Assembly (NCBI GenBank): GCA_017474765.1
Contig: JAFVGW010000032.1
Coordinates: forward strand, 66,989 to 130,988
Source: Salinivirgaceae bacterium
GTDB taxonomy: Bacteria > Bacteroidota > Bacteroidia > Bacteroidales > SZUA-534
DNA length: 64,000 nucleotides
Direction: 5' to 3'
The position numbers and the translations under genes were made by a program. Below, one piece after another: positions 38,099 through 46,914 of the stretch. The notes under the pieces were generated by a model. It did not search any database, was not told the DNA's origin, and saw nothing but the letters and a program-made list of their open reading frames with translations. Positions within the stretch are counted from its first letter, which is position 1; the number at the start of each line of letters is the position of its first letter.

Positions 38099-38794
38099 TT
38101 ATCTCTTGTGCAGTCCGCACTCCCTATGTTCGGGATTTTCCCACCACCAGCGGCCCGAGCGAATGTCCTCACCAGGCTCGACGGCGCGGGTGCACGGTTG
38201 GCAACCGATTGACGGGAATCCCTTGTCGTGCAGTTTATTGTATGGAACGCTGTGCTGTTTCACATAGGACTTCACATCGTCTTCGGTCCAGTTAATCAGT
38301 GGGTTGAGTTTCACAAGGCCGTTGTTGGCGTCCCACTCAACAAGTTGCATATCCTTGCGCGTAATGCTCTGCTCGCGCCGAAGACCACAAATCCACACCT
38401 TCAGCCCCTTCAGGGCACGCTGCAGCGGCTCAATCTTGCGCACATTGCAGCACAGGTGGCGCAGTTCGACGCTCGTGTAGAAAAGGTTCATACCGTGCTC
38501 GGCAACCATTTTCTGAACATTATGATAATCAGGAAAATAAACTTCAAGTTTGATTCCGTAGCAGTCGTTGGTGCGCTCAATGAGCGAGTAGGTCTCGGGA
38601 AAGCAGCGGCCCGTGTCGAGCGTGAAAATGCGCGTCGATTTGTCGATTCGGCATATCATATCGGTCAGCGCTTGGTCCTCGTAACTCAGGCTCGACGAGA
38701 GTGCAATCGCGCCCCGAAATTCCTTCAGAAAATACGCCAGAACCTCTTCCGCCGACGCGTTTTCAAACTGCTTGTTCAGTGATTCTATGTCCAT
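38099..38794 (-). CDS. cysH: adenylyl-sulfate (APS)/PAPS reductase, thioredoxin-dependent, Fe-S (APS-reductase) type
   Basis: PAPS_reduct fold, C-terminal ECGLH motif, plus the two Cys pairs HLCCNVRK and SIGCQPCT characteristic of Fe-S-containing assimilatory APS reductases. Confidence 0.9.
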   Translation of the reverse strand: MDIESLNKQFENASAEEVLAYFLKEFRGAIALSSSLSYEDQALTDMICRIDKSTRIFTLDTGRCFPETYSLIERTNDCYGIKLEVYFPDYHNVQKMVAEHGMNLFYTSVELRHLCCNVRKIEPLQRALKGLKVWICGLRREQSITRKDMQLVEWDANNGLVKLNPLINWTEDDVKSYVKQHSVPYNKLHDKGFPSIGCQPCTRAVEPGEDIRSGRWWWENPEHRECGLHKR

Positions 38795-38818
38795 TTTTTG
38801 TTTAGTGTAAAGTGTAAT

Positions 38819-38865
38819 GAGTAAAGTGTAAAGTTATCGCATGCGGCAACCTTTACTCTTTACTC
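38819..38865 (-). other. strong intercistronic hairpin between cysN and cysH
   Basis: 15-bp stem with one mismatch built from GTAAAG words (GAGTAAAGTGTAAAG / CTTTACTCTTTACTC), 17-nt loop containing GCATGC. Confidence 0.6.
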
Positions 38866-38873
38866 TTAAAACA

Positions 38874-40145
38874 TTACTCATTATCAATCATTCCCGCACC
38901 CAGCGTGTCGTTGGTATCGGGGTCAACAATTATCAGGCTGCCCATCACCTTGTTGGTGTGGTACGGCTCAAACACCAGCGGACTCGCTGTTTTCAGTTGG
39001 ACGTGCGCTATATCGTTCATAATCAACTGACTGACATCGGCGATTTTGTCTTGCGAATTAATGTCGATTTTGTAGTCGATAGCCTTGAACATCCCCACAA
39101 CTTCCTGCGTGGCGTGGCGCACAATGTAGCGTTTGCCCAATTGCAACGGCGTCTCACGAAACCAGCAGATATTCAGCGACATAGACTGCCCCACCTCGGG
39201 CAGATTACCATTGTCGGCGCACAGAACGTCGCCGCGGCTAATGTCGATATCGTCTTTCAGGCAGACGGTAACAGAGTCACCTTCAACGGCTTCCGCGAGT
39301 TGCTTGTCGGCGAACCAGAGCGAAGCCACCGCCGACGTCTGCCCCGACGGCAGAACGCGAACGCTGTCACCAACCTTCACCTTGCCGCTCGCAATGCGTC
39401 CAGCGTAGCCGCGGAAATCAGCGTATTTGTCTGATATGGGGCGAATTACATACTGAACAGCCATTCGGAAGGCTTCTTCGGTATCGTTTTGAATTTCAAC
39501 GGTTTCCAGAAATTCAAACAGCGGTTTTCCGTTGAACCACTGCATATTAGCGGATTTGTTCACCACATTGTCGCCCAATTTGGCCGAAATCGGGATAAAA
39601 TCGACCTTGCCAATGGGCAGGTGCGCCGACATCGCCTTGTAGTCGGCAACAATTTTCGCAAACACATCTTCCGAAAAATCCACCAAATCCATCTTGTTCA
39701 CGCAGACCACTATCTGCTTGATAGCCAGCAGTGCAGCCACATACGAGTGGCGGATTGTCTGTTCCATAATTCCGTGCCGCGCATCGACCAGAATCACCGC
39801 CAAATCGGCCGTGGAAGCGCCCGTCACCATATTCCGCGTGTACTCGATATGTCCAGGAGTGTCGGCAATAATGAATTTGCGGCGCGGCGTGGCAAAATAG
39901 CGGTAAGCCACGTCGATTGTGATTCCCTGCTCGCGCTCGGCACGCAGTCCATCGGTCAGCAATGCAAGGTTAACTTCCTCGTTTCCACGACTTTTCGAAG
40001 CCGACTCAACCGCTTCCATTTGGTCCTCGAAAATCGACTTGCTGTCGTAGAGCAACCGCCCAATGAGCGTGCTTTTGCCGTCGTCGACACTGCCCGCGGT
40101 GGTGAACCGCAGCAGTTGCATATCTAAATATCCGTTGTTAGCCAT
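38874..40145 (-). CDS. cysN: sulfate adenylyltransferase subunit 1 (GTPase), no APS-kinase fusion
   Basis: G1 motif GSVDDGKSTLIGRLL, DTPGH, NKMD. 423 aa. Confidence 0.9.
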   Translation of the reverse strand: MANNGYLDMQLLRFTTAGSVDDGKSTLIGRLLYDSKSIFEDQMEAVESASKSRGNEEVNLALLTDGLRAEREQGITIDVAYRYFATPRRKFIIADTPGHIEYTRNMVTGASTADLAVILVDARHGIMEQTIRHSYVAALLAIKQIVVCVNKMDLVDFSEDVFAKIVADYKAMSAHLPIGKVDFIPISAKLGDNVVNKSANMQWFNGKPLFEFLETVEIQNDTEEAFRMAVQYVIRPISDKYADFRGYAGRIASGKVKVGDSVRVLPSGQTSAVASLWFADKQLAEAVEGDSVTVCLKDDIDISRGDVLCADNGNLPEVGQSMSLNICWFRETPLQLGKRYIVRHATQEVVGMFKAIDYKIDINSQDKIADVSQLIMNDIAHVQLKTASPLVFEPYHTNKVMGSLIIVDPDTNDTLGAGMIDNE

Positions 40146-40347
40146 TTTTTATTTTTGATTTCTGATTTTTGATTGAACGCAGATTTATATCGTTTCTAAC
40201 CGATTTTATCAGATTCTATCAGAATAAGTTATCGGTTAAAATCGGATTGAATCGGTTAGCGACTATCTCTCATCGTCTGCCTTCATTTTTAATTATTAAT
40301 TGTTCATTTTCAGACAATTGTCCACTGTCAATTTTCAATTGTCAATT
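40146..40347 (-). repeat. intercistronic A/T-rich word-repeat element, copy C (cysD -> cysN)
   Basis: Sense-strand 5' module GAATTGACAATTGAAAATTGACAGTGGACAATTG...AACAATTAATAATTAAAAATGAAGG closely matches the 5' module of 46915-47036. The 3' part is built from ATCGGTT/GATT words. Confidence 0.65.
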
Positions 40348-41241
40348 CTAAAAATATCCCAACTTCTTGCGGTCTTCCATCGCTGTTTCTGAGCGTTTGT
40401 CGTCGGCGCGGCCGCCACGTTCGGTGACGCGGGTTGCGGCAATTTCGGCAACAATATCCTCGAGCGAGTGAGCCGTGGAAAGTGTTAATCCTGTGCAAGT
40501 TATGTCGCCAATGGTTCGGCAGCGAACTTCCTTCTCAACCACCACTTCCTCGGGGCGGCGCCGAATGCAATCTTCGGCGGCAAGCCACTGTCCATCTCGT
40601 TGAAACACTTTGCGTTTGTGAGTGTAGTAAAGCGACGGCAGTTCGATTTTTTCCTGAAGAATGTACTGCCAGACGTCCATCTCGGTCCAGTTGCTGATTG
40701 GGAACACGCGGAAGTGCTCGCCCATATTCTTGCGTCCGTTGAAGATATTCCACAGTTCGGGCCGCTGATTTTTGGGGTTCCACTGCCCGAAATCGTCGCG
40801 GTGCGAGAAAATACGCTCTTTGGCGCGGGCTTTTTCCTCGTCGCGGCGGGCGCCACCAATGCAGGCATCGAATTTATGGCGTTCGATAGTGTCGAGCAAA
40901 GTGGTGGTTTGCAGTGCGTTACGACTTGCATTGAAGCCCGTTTCCTCTTTCACGCGGCCAGTGTCAATCGATTCCTGAACCGAACCCACAATCAGTTCGG
41001 CGCCCAACCGCTTCACCAGCGCGTCACGGTATTCGAGCGTCTCGCGGAAATTGTGTCCCGTGTCGATATGCACCAGCGGAAACGGCAGCCGTGCAGGATA
41101 GAAAGCCTTGTAAGCCAGGTGAGTAACCACAATCGAGTCCTTTCCACCCGAAAAGAGAATTGCGGGCCGCTGAAACTGCGCCGCCACCTCACGAAGAATG
41201 TAAATCGACTCTGCCTCAAGTTCTTGTAAATGCGTTTTCAT
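40348..41241 (-). CDS. cysD: sulfate adenylyltransferase subunit 2
   Basis: PAPS_reduct/ATP-PPase fold. ILFSGGKDS P-loop-like motif. 297 aa. Confidence 0.9.
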   Translation of the reverse strand: MKTHLQELEAESIYILREVAAQFQRPAILFSGGKDSIVVTHLAYKAFYPARLPFPLVHIDTGHNFRETLEYRDALVKRLGAELIVGSVQESIDTGRVKEETGFNASRNALQTTTLLDTIERHKFDACIGGARRDEEKARAKERIFSHRDDFGQWNPKNQRPELWNIFNGRKNMGEHFRVFPISNWTEMDVWQYILQEKIELPSLYYTHKRKVFQRDGQWLAAEDCIRRRPEEVVVEKEVRCRTIGDITCTGLTLSTAHSLEDIVAEIAATRVTERGGRADDKRSETAMEDRKKLGYF

Positions 41242-41288
41242 ATCTCAAAATCATATTTTGCCGCAAAATTAGAGAGATTATCCGTATT

Positions 41289-41337
41289 AACCTATCTATT
41301 TAATAGGTTTATGTGCAAAATACGATTTTATACTTAC
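41289..41337 (-). promoter_or_regulatory. leader signature of the cysDNH operon: palindrome plus conserved 21-nt box
   Basis: AACCTAT-N7-ATAGGTT (41289-41309) and AAAATACGATTTTATACTTAC (41317-41337). Confidence 0.45.
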
Positions 41338-41385
41338 TGAACAGGGCGAATGTGCGTAGTTGGGGGGGCGCAGGGAAATTATTAC

Positions 41386-41422
41386 CCATCCATAACTCAA
41401 TATTTTTTCGAGTTATGGACGG
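41386..41422. repeat. hairpin repeat copy 1 (12 nt downstream of the ATPase stop)
   Basis: CCATCCATAACTC-N11(A/T-rich)-GAGTTATGGACGG, followed by TGAATATTT as in copy 3. Confidence 0.8.
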
Positions 41423-41433
41423 TGAATATTTTT

Positions 41434-42861
41434 CTAATCAGCGAACAAATCGTCCATAACTACCTCATTATTAACAATTCCCGAGTGAACGCCAGGCAGA
41501 ACGCCGTAGGTTGTAATCATTGTCAGGGAAAGCGGTTTGTGCGTTTTGGTTTCCTCAATGAAATAGGCCATTTTCATTCTGAGATTAGCCTCGTAATCCT
41601 TTGATATTGAATATGGTGTCTGTGAGAATTTTATTTCGCAAACATTGATAATGCGGTCGGCGCGGTCAATAAGCAAATCAATTTGAATGCCTTGCGAAGC
41701 GGTGGTGCCAGCCTTCCGCCACGAGCAGGAATTGGTGGCTATTCCGCTGATTCCCAACTTCCTTTTTACTTGTGCAAGGTGCTGAATACAAACTGTCTCA
41801 AAACTGAATCCCTGCCAGGCAACCACTGTTTGCGACGAAAGATTGTTGGTCCAAAAAAGATTGTCCTTCGAGTTGTTGCCACGCACAAATTTGAAGTAAA
41901 AAAGCAGATAATTGTCTGATATTCTGTAAAATGAATTTCTACTTGTGCTCTTGAATTTCGAGTACGACGTTATAAAATCGCAGCGCTCAAGATTGTCGAG
42001 AACCTTTGACAGGCCGCCCCCCGAAAACGACGTTTCGGCAATGATTTCAGCACGTTGCAAGCCTTCGCGCTTTTGGGCGAGAGCCGAAACCACCTCAATA
42101 TATTTATCTGCCTGATTGAAAAGGGCGTTGAAAAGTTCGTCAAATTCGTTTTTCATCACCGCATTCTTCTCGAAAAACAGGCGGTTAATGTTCTGTGCAA
42201 GGCTCTCGTCGGGCTTCAAAAGGCTTAAATAGAATGGCACGCCGCCAAAAGTCATATAGCATTGAACAATGGTGTATCTATCCCACATACAGCCACTTGC
42301 GTGAAGCATCTGCTCGCACTCGCCAAGCGTGAAGGGGCGCAAATATATCTGCGCGGTAATGCGGTTGTGCAGACCGCCCTTGTTTTCAATGAGCTTGTCC
42401 ACCATCCACGACGTTGCCGAGCCGCAGGCCACAAACATAATGTCGGTGCGTTGCGCCGCCCACGAGTTCCAAAAGTATTCAAGCGCCGCAACGAAACTGC
42501 TTTTATGAGTGTCTATCCAGGGCATCTCGTCAAAGAAAATCACCTTGCGTTTTGCCGCAGGAAGCGTGATTATCAGCGTTTTAAGTTGATTAAAAGCGTC
42601 TTCCCAGTTTTTCAGTTCGGGTGCGAACTTCGATTTTGAAAACAGTTTCAATTGCTCGGCAAAATGTTGTAATTGAACTCGTTGCGGCTGATTTCTAGCG
42701 CCTGTATATGCAAAAGTCATACGTTTTGCGAATGTCGAATTCACAAGGAATGTCTTTCCAATACGCCGCCGCCCGTAAACAATGACGAATTCGGAACGTT
42801 TTGATTTATAAAGCGTTTCCAAACTCTCAACTTCTTTTGCCCTACCTATGATACCACACAT
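41434..42861 (-). CDS. AAA+ ATPase of the archaeal-ATPase/DUF234 type
   Basis: Walker A GRRRIGKTFLV, Walker B VIFFDEMPW. C-terminal region is DUF234-like. 475 aa. Confidence 0.85.
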   Translation of the reverse strand: MCGIIGRAKEVESLETLYKSKRSEFVIVYGRRRIGKTFLVNSTFAKRMTFAYTGARNQPQRVQLQHFAEQLKLFSKSKFAPELKNWEDAFNQLKTLIITLPAAKRKVIFFDEMPWIDTHKSSFVAALEYFWNSWAAQRTDIMFVACGSATSWMVDKLIENKGGLHNRITAQIYLRPFTLGECEQMLHASGCMWDRYTIVQCYMTFGGVPFYLSLLKPDESLAQNINRLFFEKNAVMKNEFDELFNALFNQADKYIEVVSALAQKREGLQRAEIIAETSFSGGGLSKVLDNLERCDFITSYSKFKSTSRNSFYRISDNYLLFYFKFVRGNNSKDNLFWTNNLSSQTVVAWQGFSFETVCIQHLAQVKRKLGISGIATNSCSWRKAGTTASQGIQIDLLIDRADRIINVCEIKFSQTPYSISKDYEANLRMKMAYFIEETKTHKPLSLTMITTYGVLPGVHSGIVNNEVVMDDLFAD

Positions 42862-42908
42862 TTTGCTAAATTTTAACAGAACAAATATATGGATTTTTCA
42901 ATTATTCT

Positions 42909-42945
42909 CCATCCATAACTCAATATTTTTTCAAGTTATGGACGG
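42909..42945. repeat. hairpin repeat copy 2 (upstream of the ATPase)
   Basis: CCATCCATAACT-N13-AGTTATGGACGG. Confidence 0.8.
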
Positions 42946-42962
42946 GTAATAATAATTATTTG

Positions 42963-42999
42963 CCGTCCACAACTCGATATTTTTGTGAGTTATGGACGG
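42963..42999. repeat. hairpin repeat copy 3 (upstream of the ATPase)
   Basis: CCGTCCACAACTC-N11-GAGTTATGGACGG followed by TGAATATTT. The 22-nt direct repeat GAGTTATGGACGGTGAATATTT is shared with copy 1. Confidence 0.8.
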
Positions 43000-43150
43000 T
43001 GAATATTTCAGTTTAGCGAAAGAAAATTTACGGTTATGTGATTGATTGTCAAATCAATTAACATACCGATACCCAACCAAATCATACCTAAAAAGGTTGG
43101 CTATCGCCATAAATGCGGATTTTTGAGCCCGTTTGCGGAAAAGGCGCGGA

Positions 43151-44071
43151 CTAAAGTTGTTCCAGACGCAGCATCTCGTCAATGCTGTGGCGGGCGGCTG
43201 TGAGAGTGGCGGTATCGAGCGTGATTTCGTCACCGCCAATGCCCCTAACGCACTCATACACATCGCCTAACGTGGTTGCCTTCATATTGTGGCAGACGCA
43301 GTTTTTCGACAGGGCGAAGAACCGCTTGTCGGGGCAGGCGAACTGCAGGTGCTGCACAATGCTGTTTTCGGTGCCGATAATGAATTCGGTGGCAGTGCTT
43401 CGCTTTGCGTAATCCATTATCTGCGTTGTACTACCAATATAATCAGCAAGTTGCACAACCTTTGCCGAGCATTCGGGGTGGACAAGCAGCAATGCGCCAG
43501 GGTGCTTCTGACGAGCCTGCTCAACGTTTTGCGGCGTAATGAGCAAATGCGTGGGGCAGCCGCCAGGCACAAACTGAAACTGCTTTTCGGGAATCTGCTG
43601 CTGCACCCAACCGCCCAAGTTACAGTCGGGTATGAACAGAATCTTATCGTTTTTGATATTCTTTACAATCTTCACAGCCGACGACGACGTGACGCACACA
43701 TCGGTCAAGGTTTTCAGGCTTGCGGTGGTGTTTATGTACGAAACCACCGTGTGGTCGGGATATTTGGCCTTCAGTTGCAAGAGCAATTCGGGCTTCACCT
43801 GCTCGGCCATCGGGCAGCCTGCTTCGGCATTCGACAGAATGACACGCTTTTGCGGCGACAGAATCTTCACCGTTTCGGCCATAAACCTTACGCCGCACAT
43901 CAGCACGGTTTCGGCATCCGACTTGGCCGCCTGTTGGCTCAATCCGAACGAATCGCCCACATAATCAGCTACTTCCCAAATGTCGTGGCTTTGGTAGGCG
44001 TGCGCCAAAATGCAGATTCGCTTTTCTTTTTTCAGGCGAATGATTTCCGATTGCAGTTCACTTGTCAGCAT
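43151..44071 (-). CDS. nadA: quinolinate synthase
   Basis: ILAHAYQ, FMAETVKIL, HPEC and CxxM motifs typical of NadA. 306 aa. Confidence 0.9.
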   Translation of the reverse strand: MLTSELQSEIIRLKKEKRICILAHAYQSHDIWEVADYVGDSFGLSQQAAKSDAETVLMCGVRFMAETVKILSPQKRVILSNAEAGCPMAEQVKPELLLQLKAKYPDHTVVSYINTTASLKTLTDVCVTSSSAVKIVKNIKNDKILFIPDCNLGGWVQQQIPEKQFQFVPGGCPTHLLITPQNVEQARQKHPGALLLVHPECSAKVVQLADYIGSTTQIMDYAKRSTATEFIIGTENSIVQHLQFACPDKRFFALSKNCVCHNMKATTLGDVYECVRGIGGDEITLDTATLTAARHSIDEMLRLEQL

Positions 44072-44103
44072 AAATTCAAGATTTTGTGGGGCAAATATAT
44101 TAT

Positions 44104-45078
44104 TTATTTCCGCTGACTCTTCGGAAAGAGCTTTTTGAATCCTGTGAGCAGGTGCGGTAGCTTGCCGTCGGCCACTATCACCGTAACGGCCAAAATAATG
44201 AGAATCAAGCCGATAGCTTCACGGCAAGTGAGCTGTTCGCCAAAGACGGTGATTCCGAAAAAAACAGCGGTGGCGGGTTCGAGCGCGCCTAAAATGGCTG
44301 TTGGCGTTGAGCCGATATGCTGAATGGCAATGGTGGTGCACGAAAGCGATAAAACGGTGGGTATCAGCCCTAAAGCTATCAGATTGAACCACAAATACCA
44401 CCTTTCGGCCGACGGCACGTGAAACTCGCCGCGCAGCCCGATTCGGGCCACAAACACGGCCAATCCGAAAAGCAAAACGTAAAATGTAACCTTCAGCGTC
44501 GGTAACTCATTGAGTCCGTGGCGGTTGATTCCAACAAGATAAATGGCGTAAGTGAGTGCGGAACCGAAGACCATCAGGGTGCCGAAAACGTTGAGCGTGG
44601 CGCCGTTGCCCTGCCGATAGAGCAGCAGAATGCCCGTCAGCGCGGTGACAATGCTCGCCACGGTCTGCCATTTCAGCTTCTCGCGGAAGAAAACCGTCAT
44701 TATGACCGCCACCATTATCGGATAGACGAAAAGCAGCGTTGACGCTATGCCCGCGTCCATAAAGTTGTAGCTGACAAACAGACAGAGCGACGAGAGCGCC
44801 ATCATAACACCATAGAAAATCAGCGGGAAAAGGTTGCGCCGCCCGAGCGCGAAAACCGTCAGGCGGCTGCCGTACTCGCCCGTCTGCCCGACGTGCTTGG
44901 GTTGGCGCCAAAAGAGCATCGCCGCAAGAATCAGTACACCAATAAAATAGCGGAAGAAAAGCACCGAATCGGCGTCTAAACCGTCGTGGTAGAGCGGCAG
45001 CGCGAACAGCGGATTCATTCCGTAGCTTATGGCCGCCGCCGCGCCAAAAAAGTAGCCTGTGAGTTTGCCTTTTGCCAT
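44104..45078 (-). CDS. EamA/DMT-family transporter
   Basis: About ten hydrophobic segments in two EamA-like halves. First ATG at 45078 (MAKGKLTGYFFG). Confidence 0.8.
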   Translation of the reverse strand: MAKGKLTGYFFGAAAAISYGMNPLFALPLYHDGLDADSVLFFRYFIGVLILAAMLFWRQPKHVGQTGEYGSRLTVFALGRRNLFPLIFYGVMMALSSLCLFVSYNFMDAGIASTLLFVYPIMVAVIMTVFFREKLKWQTVASIVTALTGILLLYRQGNGATLNVFGTLMVFGSALTYAIYLVGINRHGLNELPTLKVTFYVLLFGLAVFVARIGLRGEFHVPSAERWYLWFNLIALGLIPTVLSLSCTTIAIQHIGSTPTAILGALEPATAVFFGITVFGEQLTCREAIGLILIILAVTVIVADGKLPHLLTGFKKLFPKSQRK

Positions 45079-45226
45079 CTGACGAACGTTTTGACGGCGC
45101 AAAGATACTACTTGCGCGTCACCGACTGCCTGTTTTTCCGATTATTTAACCGCGGCTTGCCGTACGTTATAACATTCAGTTTATCAGATATTTGAATCAA
45201 GATAAGAAGAAATCGATTCCAAAAAA

Positions 45227-46069
45227 TCAACTTATCGTGCCCGAAAGATATTTCTGCGTGAGTTCGTGCTTCGGATTTTTGAAAACCTGCTGCGCATCGC
45301 CAACCTCAATCACCTCGCCCATATAGATAAATATCACATAATCAGCGATTCGCAAGGCCTGACGAAGCGTGTGCGTCACCATCACAATCGAGTATTGCTC
45401 TTTGAGTTTGACAAACAAATCCTCGACAATCTTGCTCGAAACGGGGTCGAGCGCAGAAGTGGCCTCGTCGGCGAGAATGAACTCGGGCTCGACGGCTAGG
45501 CTTCGGGCAAGGCAGAGACGCTGCTGCTGACCAATCGAGAGTTTGGTGGCAGGGCTTGTCAGGCGGTCCTTCACCTCGTCCCAAAGGCCCACAACTTTCA
45601 GATAATGGCGCACAATTTTCCGCAACTCGCGGCGGCTGCTGACACCGTGAATCTTGCAGCCGTAGGCAATGTTGCCGAAAATGGACATCGGCAGCGGTGT
45701 GGGACGTTGCGGCACAAGGCCGATACGGCGGCGCAGGTCAACCAAATCGGACGCCGAACAGTTCACAATGCTTTTGTCGCCAATGCGAATGTCGCCCGAC
45801 GTGCGCACGCCCTCAATCGTGTCCGACAGGCGGTTCAGGCTCTTGAGCAGAGTGGATTTTCCGCAGCCCGACGGTCCCACAATGCACGTGATTTTGTTGG
45901 CGGGAATGGTCACCGACACGTCTTTCAGAATGGGCGAGCCCTCAATCGACAGGTTGAAATGGTCGACCGTGAGTTCGGGCGCCACATCGGGGTGCTTGAA
46001 CTTTGCGTCGGGCACAAACGGCTCGTTGTAGTCGTTGGCGAAGATTTTTCGCAATATGAGTTTTCTCAT
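45227..46069 (-). CDS. pstB: phosphate ABC transporter ATP-binding protein
   Basis: Walker A GPSGCGKST, signature LSIGQQQRL, Walker B FILADE. 4-nt overlap with pstA. Confidence 0.9.
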   Translation of the reverse strand: MRKLILRKIFANDYNEPFVPDAKFKHPDVAPELTVDHFNLSIEGSPILKDVSVTIPANKITCIVGPSGCGKSTLLKSLNRLSDTIEGVRTSGDIRIGDKSIVNCSASDLVDLRRRIGLVPQRPTPLPMSIFGNIAYGCKIHGVSSRRELRKIVRHYLKVVGLWDEVKDRLTSPATKLSIGQQQRLCLARSLAVEPEFILADEATSALDPVSSKIVEDLFVKLKEQYSIVMVTHTLRQALRIADYVIFIYMGEVIEVGDAQQVFKNPKHELTQKYLSGTIS

Positions 46070-46914
46070 CGTAGTTTATGTTTTGAGAATCGGTTTGTTA
46101 TGAATCGACCTAAAAGACTGATTACAAGTACAATAATTGTCAATACAACGGCGGCGGCGTAGGCGCGGTTCTGCACTTCGGCCTGCGGCGCGCTCAATTG
46201 GAAGAAGATTGACAGCGGCAGAGTGGCCGTCTGCTGCGAGAGCGACGTGGGGATTGTGTCGGAAAAACCTGCGGTGAACATCACGCCCGCCGCATCGCCG
46301 ATTGAGCGCCCCACCGAAAGCAGCGTTGCGGTGGCGATTCCAGGCGCTATCTGCCTCATTACCACACCCATAGTTTCCCAACGTGTCGCGCCAAGCGAAA
46401 ACGAAGCCTCAAGCAAATCGCGTGGAAAGTTCTTCGCCACCTCGTCCATCGAGCGGATTAGAATGGGAATAATCAGCAGAGTTTCAACCAGAATGCCGCC
46501 CAAAAGCGACGTGCGCAGACCGAAATAAATCATCAGTGTGAAGGCAAACGCACCGTAAACGATTGACGGAATGCCAAATAGCACATCGAAAGCCAGTCGT
46601 GCCACGTAGGCCAGCCGCGACTTCGATTTCAGATAAACATTCAGGAAAAAGACCACAGGAATACTGATTATCAGTCCGATAGCCGTTGACGACAACACAA
46701 TGTAGAGCGACCCGACAATGGCGTTCAGGAAGCCGCCCGACTTGCCAATGTAGAATCCGCCACCAGGCAGCGACGTGACCATTTCCCACGTCAGGCTACG
46801 CGCGCCGCGCTTGAAAACCGTCCAGATAATGCTGCCCACCAGCAGAATGACAGCCGCTATCGACAAGTACATCGCCACACGCGCAATTCGTTCTTTTACA
46901 ACAAGTTTGTTCAT
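46066..46914 (-). CDS. pstA: phosphate ABC transporter permease PstA
   Basis: Six-TM BPD-transporter permease with EASFSLGATRWET (EAA-like) loop. Gene order is pstC-pstA-pstB. Confidence 0.9.
   Translation of the reverse strand: MNKLVVKERIARVAMYLSIAAVILLVGSIIWTVFKRGARSLTWEMVTSLPGGGFYIGKSGGFLNAIVGSLYIVLSSTAIGLIISIPVVFFLNVYLKSKSRLAYVARLAFDVLFGIPSIVYGAFAFTLMIYFGLRTSLLGGILVETLLIIPILIRSMDEVAKNFPRDLLEASFSLGATRWETMGVVMRQIAPGIATATLLSVGRSIGDAAGVMFTAGFSDTIPTSLSQQTATLPLSIFFQLSAPQAEVQNRAYAAAVVLTIIVLVISLLGRFITNRFSKHKLR

Noticed and set aside
36842-41229. Long plus-strand ORFs (36842..37447, 38228..38782, 38841..39434, 39489..40127, 40600..41229)
   Set aside because: They are antisense shadows of the GlsB-like, cysH, cysN and cysD genes, all of which have diagnostic motifs.
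43289-44116. 275-aa plus-strand ORF
   Set aside because: It is antisense to nadA.
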